From NCBI RefSeq assembly GCF_040938485.1, contig NW_027271250.1, positions 1,302,001 to 1,366,000 of the forward strand: 64,000 nt of DNA. The letters are read 5' to 3'. The position numbers were made by a program, and so were the translations under genes. Shown here one piece after another: positions 1-8,600 of this stretch. Below the pieces are notes generated by a model, which searched no databases, was not told the origin of the DNA, and worked only from the letters and a program-made list of their open reading frames with translations. The DNA is from Diadema antillarum (taxonomy: Eukaryota). Position 1 is the stretch's first letter; each line of letters starts with the position of its first letter.

Positions 1-3000
1 TCAGTTCAGGTGTTGTTACTTCTGGAGAAGTCACTGCAGGTGTCGTCACAATTCGAGTAGTTGATGCTGGTGATGTTACCGCCTGAGTCGTCAATGCAGG
101 TGTAGTGACTGCCAGTGTGGTCGTTGCAGGAGTGGTCATTTCTGATGTAGTTACAACAGGTGATGTCACAACAATTGTTGTTACTGCTGGACTAGTAACA
201 GCCTGAGTAGTCAGTTCAGGTGTTGTTATTTCTGGAGAAGTCACTGCAGCTGTTGTCACTATTCGAGTAGTTGATGCTGGTGATGTTACCGCCTGAGTTG
301 TCAATGCAGGTGTAGTGACTGCCAGTGTGGTCGTTGCAGGAGTAGTCAATGCTTGAGTGGTCATTTCTTTCTGATGTAGTTACAGCAGGTGATGTCACAA
401 CAACTGTTGTTACTGCTGGACTAGTAACCGCCTGAGTAGTCAGTTCAGGTGTTGTTACTTCTGGAGAAGTCACTGCAGGTGTCGTCACCATTCGAGTAGT
501 TGATGCTGGTGATGTTACCGCCTGAGTCGTCAATGCAGGTGTAGTGACTGCCAGTGTGGTCATTGCAGGAGTGGTCATTTCTGATGTAGTTACAGCAGGT
601 GATGTCACAACAATTGTTGTTACTGCTGGACTAGTAACAGCCTGAGTGGTCAATTCAGGTGTAGTCACTGCCTCCGTAGATACTGCAGGTGATGTAACTA
701 CTTGAGTGGTCAGTTCAGGTGTTGTAGCTGCAGGCGAAGTCACGGCATGTGAAGTGAATACTTGAGTGGTCACTGCAGGTGAAGTCACTTCCTGAGTCGT
801 CATTGCAGGTGTAGTCACAGCTTGAGTGGTCACTGCAGGTGTCGTTATGGCTGGTGAAGTAACAACAACTGTAGTCATTTTTGGAGTACTCACTAATGGT
901 GTTGTTACCACTTGTGTTGTAATTGTCACTGCTTCTGTTGACATTGCATTTGTTGTCAAACTTTGTGTTGTTCCTTCGGGAGTAGTCAAAGCCGATGTGG
1001 TAATGGCGGGAGTTGACAAGGCAGCTGTACTCATTTCTGGAGTTGTCTCTGGTCTGGTAAAGATAGGTAAGGTGGTTGTGTAACCATTCTCAAGAATCTC
1101 TGTTTGGCTTGGTGGAGTTGTTAGAATAGTAGGTGTTGCTGCACTGGTGGGATACAACTTTGATGTCAGTGCAGGTGTAGGTGTTTCTGTGCTAGACTCT
1201 GTGCTGACTGCCTGTGTTGTTATGTAAGAAATGGGAGATGAAGAGGGGGAGAAGTATCCTGTTGTTGACTTTGGGGATGTGGTCACTTCAGGTGAAGTAA
1301 TTGCTGGAGAAGTAACTGCAGGCGTGGTAACAGCTACTGTGGTCATTGCTGGAGTACTTGAAGTTGTTGGTGTAGTCAATTCAGATGTAGTCACAGCTGG
1401 AGAAGTTACTGCTGGCGAAGAAATAGCAGGAGTGGACACAAGGACTGTAGTTATTGCTGGTGTAGAAACTGCTTCAGTTGTCTGCACAGGGGATGTTACT
1501 GCTTGAGCTGTCACTGCTGGTGTAGTGACCACCAGCGTGGTTGTTGCAGGAGTGGTCAATGCTTGGGTGGTCATTTCTGACGTAGTTACAGCAGGTGATG
1601 TCACAACAACTGTTGTTACTGCTGGACTAGTAACAGCCTGAGTAGTCAGTTCAGGTGTTGTTACTTCTGGAGAAGTCACTGCAGGTGTCGTCACCATTTG
1701 AGTAGTTGATGCTGGTGATGTTACCGCCTGAGTTGTCAATGCAGGAGTAGTGACTGCCAGTGTGGTCGTTGCAGGAGTGGTCATTTCTGATGTAGTTACA
1801 GCAGGTGATGTCACAACAACTGTTGTTACTGCTGGACTAGTAACAGCCTGAGTAGTCAGTTCAGGTGTTGTTACTTCTGGAGAAGTCACTGCAGGTGTCG
1901 TCACCATTCGAGTAGTTGATGCTGGTGATGTTACCGCCTGAGTCGTCAATGCAGGTGTAGTGACTGCCAGTGTGGTCGTTGCAGGAGTGGTCATTTCTGA
2001 TGTAGTTACAGCAGGTGATGTCACAACAATTGTTGTTACTGCTGGACTAGTAACAGCCTGAGTGGTCAATTCAGGTCTAGTCACTGCCTCCGTAGATACT
2101 GCAGGTGATGTAACTACTTGAGTGGTCAGTTCAGGTGTTGTAGCTGCAGGCAAAGTCAAGGCAGGTGTAGTGAATACTTGAGTGGTCACTGCAGGTGAAG
2201 TCACTTCCTGAGTTGTCATGGCAGGTGTAGTCACAGCTTGAGTGGTCACTGCAGGTGTGGTTATGGCCGGTGAAGTAACAACAACTGTTGTCATTTCTGG
2301 AATACTCACTAATGGTGTTGTTACCACTGGTGTTGTAACTGTCACTGCTTCTGTTGACACTGCATTTGTTGTCAAAATCTGTGTTGTTGCTTCAGGAGTA
2401 GTCAAGGCAGATGTGGTAATGGCAGCAGTTGACAAGGCAGCTGTACTCATTTCTGGAGTCGTCTCTGGTCTGGTAAAGATAGGTAATGTGGTTGTGTAAC
2501 CATTCTCAAGAATCTCTGTTTGGCTTGGTGGAGTTGTTAGAATAGTAGGTGTTGCTGCACTGGTGGGATACAACTTTGATGTCAGTGCAGGTGTAGGTGT
2601 TTCTGTGCTAGACTCTGTGCTGACTGCCTGTGTTGTTATGTAAGAAATGGGAGATGAAGAGGGGGAATAGTATCCTGTTGTTGACTTTGGGAATGTGGTC
2701 ACTTCAGGTGAAGTAATTGCTGGAGAAGTAACTGCAGGTGTGGTAACAGCCACTGTGGTCAATGCTTGAGTACTTGAAGATGTTGGTGTACTCAATTCGG
2801 ATGTAGTCACAGCTGGAGATGTTACTGCTGGTGAAGAAATAGCAGGAGTGGACACAAGGACTGTAGTTATTGCTGGTATAGAAACTGCTTCAGTCGTCTG
2901 CACCGGGATGTTACTGCTTGAGTTGTCACTGCTGGTGTAGTGACCACCAGCGTGGTTGTTGCAGGAGTGGTCAATGCTTGGGTGGTCATTTTTGACGTAG

Positions 3001-5250
3001 TTACAGCAGGTGATGTCACAACAACTGTTGTTACTGCTGGACTAGTAACAGCCTGAGTAGTCAGTTCAGGTGTTGTTACTTCTGGAGAAGTCACTGCAGG
3101 TGTCGTCACTATTCCAGTAGTTGATGCTGGTGATGTTACCGCCTGAGTTGTCAATGCAGGAGTAGTGACTGCCAGTGTGGTCGTTGCAGGAGTGGTCATT
3201 TCTGATGTAGTTACAGCAGGTGATGTCATAACAACTGTTGTTACTGCTGGACTAGTAACAGCCTGAGTAGTCAGTTCAGGTGTTGTTACTTCTGGAGAAG
3301 TCACTGCAGGTGTCGTCACTATTCGAGTAGTTGATGCAGGTGATGTTACCGCCTGAGTAGTCAATGCAGGAGTGGTCATTTCTGATGTAGTTACAGCAGG
3401 TGATGTCACAACAATTGTTGTTACTGCTGGACTAGTAACAGCCTGAGTGGTCAGTTCAGGTGTTGTAGCTGCAGGCGAAGTCACAGCATGTGAAGTGAAT
3501 ACTTGAGTGGTCACTGCAGGTGAAGTCACTTCCTGAGTCGTCATTGCAGGTGTAGTCACAGCTTGAGTGGTCACTGCAGGTGTCGTTATGGCTGGTGAAG
3601 TAACAACAACTGTAGTCATTTTTGGAGTACTCACTAATGGTGTTGTTACCACTTGTGTTGTAATTGTCACGGCTTCTGTTGACATTGCATTTGTTGTCAA
3701 AATTTGTGTTGTTCCTTCGGGAGTAGTCAAGGCCGATGTGGTAATGGCGGGAGTTGACAAGGCAGCTGTACTCATTTCTGGAGTCGTCTCTGGCCTGGTA
3801 AAGATAGGTAAGGTGGTTGTGTAACCATTCTCAAGAATCTCTGTTTGGCTTGGTGGAGTTGTTAGAATAGTAGGTGTTGCTGCACTGGTGGGATACAACT
3901 TTGATGTCAGTGCAGGTGTAGGTGTTTCTGTGCTAGACTCTGTGCTGACTGCCTGTGTTGTTATGTAAGAAATGGGAGATGAAGAGGGGGAGAAGTATCC
4001 TGTTGTTGACTTTGGGGATGTGGTCACTTCAGGTGAAGTAATTGCTGGAGAAGTAACTGCAGGCGTGGTAACAGCTACTGTGGTCATTGCTGGAGTACTT
4101 GAAGTTGTTGGTGTAGTCAATTCAGATGTAGTCACAGCTGGAGAAGTTACTGCTGGTGAAGAAATAGCAGGAGTGGACACAAGGACTGTAGTTATTGCTG
4201 GTGTAGAAACTGCTTCAGTTGTCTGCACAGGGGATGTAACTGCTTGAGTTGTCACTGCTGGTGTAGTGACCACCAGCGTGGTTGTTGCAGGAGTGGTCAA
4301 TGCTTGGGTGGTCATTTCTGACGTAGTTACAGCAGGTGATGTCACAACAAGTGTTGTTACTGCTGGACTAGTAACAGCCTGAGTAGTCAGTTCAGGTGTT
4401 GTTACTTCTGGAGAAGTCACTGCAGGTGTCGTCACTATTTGAGTAGTTGATGCTGGTGATGTTACCGCCTGAGTCGTCAGAGCAGGTGTAGTGACTGCTA
4501 GTGAGGTCGTTGCAGGAGAGGTCATTTCTGATGTAGTTACAGCTGGTGATGTCATAATAATTGTTGTTACTGCTGGACTACTAACAGCCTGAGTGGTCAG
4601 TTCAGATGTTGTTACTTCTGGAGAAGTCACTGCACGTGTCGTCACTATTCGAGTAGTTGATGCAGGTGATGTTACTGCCTGAGTCGTCACTGCAGGTGTA
4701 GTGACTGCCAGCGCAGTTGTTGCAGGAGTGGTCAATGCTTGAGTGGTCATTTCTGATGTAGTTACAGCAGGTGATGTCACAACAATTGTTGTTACTGCTG
4801 GACTAGTAACAGCCTGAGTGGTCAATTCAGGTGTAGTCACTGCCTCAGTAGATACTGCAGGTGATATAACTACTTGAGTGGTCAGTTCAGGTGTTGTAGC
4901 TGCAGGCGAAGTCACGGAAGGTGAAGTGAATACTTGAGTGGTCACTGCAGGTGAAGTCACTTCCTGAGTCGTCATTGCAGGTGTAGTCACAGCTTGAGTG
5001 GTCACTGCAGGTGAAGTCACTGCCTGAGTCGTCATTGCAGGTGTGGTCACCTCTGATGTAGTTACAGCTTGTGATGTCACAACAATTGTTGTTTCTGCTG
5101 GACTAGTAACAGTCTGAGTGGTCAATTCAGGTGTAGTAACCGCCTCTGTAGATACAGCTGGTGATGTGAGTATTTGAGTGGTCAGTTCACGCGTAGTTAC
5201 AGCGGGTGATGTTACTGCAAGTGTAGGAGCTGTAATTTTTCTTGCGGTAA
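1..5250 (-). repeat. Coding tandem repeat: 15-bp (5-aa, T[TS]P[AE][VLM]) units organised into ~1.3-1.4 kb higher-order repeats
   Basis: Marker tggtgggatacaac recurs at 1145, 2561 and 3886 (spacing 1416 and 1325 bp). Confidence 0.95.
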
Positions 5251-5637
5251 CTGCTGGTGTTGTAACTGCTTGAGTTACCACTGGTGTTACCGAAGCTGCA
5301 GGTGTATTCTTTTCTGTAGTGATATGTAGATGTGTAGTTGGAGCTTGAGTGGCCTCTGGTGTTGTGATATTTGGAGGCAACGTGCTGACACTTGATGTAG
5401 ACACATGTGTAATTACAATTGATGTGGTAGTAGGATTATTTGTGGCTTGTGTGGTGACTTTTGTAGTTGGAGGAATTGTCAGCTGGATGCAACCGATTTC
5501 ATCCGAGGCAAATGCACAGTCAGCAACACCATCGCATCGTTGAGTGGCATTGATGCACATTGTTGAATTAAGACACCGCCACTGACTATCCAGACAGTTT
5601 GGTTTCACTGTTGATGGATGAGGATGTGGTGTAGTGC
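1..5637 (-). CDS. SSPO: SSPO-like exon 31 (LDLa 5 followed by >1800 aa Thr/Pro/Ser mucin-type repeats; two frameshifts; continues past window start)
   Basis: Acceptor tttttttttcag|GC at 5637; [36 protein letters not shown], then [10 protein letters not shown] repeats; ORF pieces 2867-5608, 216-2903 and the repeat frame again at 1-~365. Confidence 0.85.
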
Positions 5638-8600
5638 CTGAAAAAAAAAATATACATGAGCTGTTTTAATGACACAAATGCAGATAGACCCTTCCAGAAA
5701 CACATCCTCATGTATGAATAGGAATTCTGAGACCAGATTTTTTTGTTATTTAAACCTAGTGAAGTATGCATACATTTTTCAAGTTTGACAATCTACTGTT
5801 ATTCATCATTCCTATCATATATAATCTTAATTGATGCAATGCTGGTATCCACATCCCAATGCTTCAACACTGGACAACTTCTGAAAGGTCATGAAAGGGC
5901 AATTCCACTCAATGTTCATGTGAACTATAATGGTGAGAAGAGAAGACTTTTATTAAAATCCAACAAAACATGATGAAGCTATTGAACATTTAAATTTTCT
6001 ATGATTTCACGAAGCCACAAAATTAGTCACAGCTCTCCCAATGGTTTGTACACACTAACAGAAGTTGGGAAATTGGAGTTATTATGCAGAAGAGAAAATT
6101 TTGACATCTTGATCCCTATAGTAACCTGTCTCTTTAATTTCACACCATGAACAAATCACTTTCTCCACTTTCATGAGAATCTAAATGCAAGGTGGCATGG
6201 TTGTCCTACTTCCTAGATCTAGAGATGAATGCCTGAGAAATAGGTTTAAACATGTTGGGCCCTGACCTTCGGGCTCTATGGGGGACATCAGAACCTTTTG
6301 ATTTTTCCAATCCCTGTCCTCACAAATGATTGCTGCCATATTTGGTTGAAATCAGACCATGTGTATTTGAAGATGAGGAAAATGTTATAGTGCAAAGGAT
6401 AGCCAGGCAATGCACAACCGAAGACCGAAAAAAGTGATAGCAACAGATGTCAAATCTTGGAGAAGAGCTACAAATAATCCAGTTCACCTTTCTGATTTCT
6501 ATTTCGAATATCTTAAGTATCATTAGAATACTTTAAGCTATTCTCAGGAAATATCCTGGTGGCAAACCATTAACATGTGCAGCTGAATGAATGGCTATTC
6601 TGAAAACATATAACCTTTGGCACCATAATGTGTTACAGGCATACAATTCACAGAAGCATGATGTTCATTGTCTTGCACATAATTATGTCTGAGAAAAAGA
6701 ATTGATAAAAAGTGCATACCACAGTAGCTTTCATCGGACATGTCTCCACAGTCATTCACTCCATCACAAACGACACTGTTGTTTCCTCCGGGGACACACT
6801 GGCCATTGTTACAGGTGAACTCACTGGGAGCACAGGTGGCATTCCTGGGTGGTGTTGGGCTTGGAGTTTCTATTTCACAAGCAGAGGAAAGAATGCTTAA
6901 CAGAGTTAATACCAAAATGGGGAGGGGGGTCTGAACACAGCATGTCAAAGCAAGCTAAAAAAATCACACAGTGAATCAAAATCTGTTGAAAAAGAACAGG
7001 AAGCATGCTACAGCCATGCTTGTATTTTGCCAAGGGGCTGGCATATGAAAACAGGCTCATTATGGCATATATACATTTTAGTGTTCAACATCACAACGTC
7101 AACTGCTTTGTCTTTGTATGTCACATTCAATATAATTCTGGGAGGTGTTGTATTTCAGTTGTGATGCAGGGCCCCTTGGCAGAGCAGTTCCGAGTGAGCT
7201 GAAAGGGCTACCCTGATAACAGAAAACGGAATAAATAAATAAATAGATAAATAAATAGAAAAATGAATTCTAGTGTGTTCTGAAATAGCTGTATCTAATT
7301 TTTCCCCTCATTGTTGTTTTGTGAATGATATCATTTACAAAATGGGCATGCTGCTGACCCCTTTCAGTTCGCCCCCAGGTGAATAGCAATAGTCAGCAAA
7401 CAGTATCAACCAGGCACATTGTGACATACAAAGAAGGATTTCTCCCTGTGTCTGTTGACATGGTAGATCCTGACACCTGCCACTAAGACCCCCTATTAAA
7501 CAGCAGTGCTATGACATTCCTTACCACATCCTTGCTCATCACTGTTGTCTCCTTCACCACAGTCCACATCACCGTCACACACAAAGGATTCTGGGATACA
7601 CACACCCTCACTGCACTGGAACTCACTGGGACCACATGTGACTGCAACTATAAGTAAAAACATGAGGCAAAATATACAGATCTTTACTTGTTCCCATCCT
7701 GGGAAAAAGAAAGAGTGAAGAAAAGAAAAAAGCTGTTCAATTCTGACATCTAGTCTCAAACACAACTGAGTATACACTCTTGCAATAAGAAATTGTCTGC
7801 ATGTAGGTCCTTCTAGTTAATAGAAAGATTAAACGAGAACTTACCTGTTTGAAGTTTGATCTTTATTTTATGAGGGAGTTGGAGAAAGAATTCACAGTGA
7901 GAGCCCGCTCAACGCGCGCGCAGTCATACTTCGTAGCAACAAGATGTGACTTCTGTCAGAGTGGAAAGATTGAGAACTTACTTGAAGTTGATCTATACAT
8001 TTTGTAATAGTATTCATGCCATGGGAAGGGAGAGGAGGGACTGTGAATTCTTTCTCCAACTCCCTCATAAAATAAAGATCAAACTTCAAACAGGTAAGTT
8101 CTCGTTTAATCTTTTTTTTTTTATTTCGTGAGTTTACGCAAGAACTCACAGTGAGATTTTGTAGCACAGAAGTCACATTTGTTCCAACTGAACAAACTCA
8201 AGCATGCACAATGGCAAGCAAAATGTAAGCTCAAATTACCTTGGTCTGAGGCCATTATTCCCTCACAATGAGTTGTGACAGGCACTGTCCCTCTTCTTGT
8301 AGAGGTTTGTCGTAGAATTTACGGAATGTTCGTTCTTTTGACCAGCCTGCTTTTGCGAGGATCAGAGGAATAGGTGCATCCGCCCTGTTTGCTGCTGAGC
8401 TAGATGCTGCTCGGGTTGAATGTGCACTGAACATTGTGGTGTCAATGCCAGCGCCAGTCATGATTTCTTTGATCCATCGAGAAATTGTCTGTGCCGTTAC
8501 TCTCTTGAAAGGCTTGCGAAAACTAATGAAGAGATGACTTTCCTCTCCTCGGATCTCTTTGGTTCTCCGAAGGTAGGCCTTAATGTATGTAACTACACAC

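Noticed and set aside
216-2903. Idea that the -1 and +4 indels compensate (net +3) to keep one ORF
   Set aside because: The shifted frame hits a stop at 2867, long before the second indel.
826-4247. Several 85-91 aa Val-rich plus-strand ORFs
   Set aside because: Antisense shadows of the Thr-rich repeat, recurring with the higher-order repeat.
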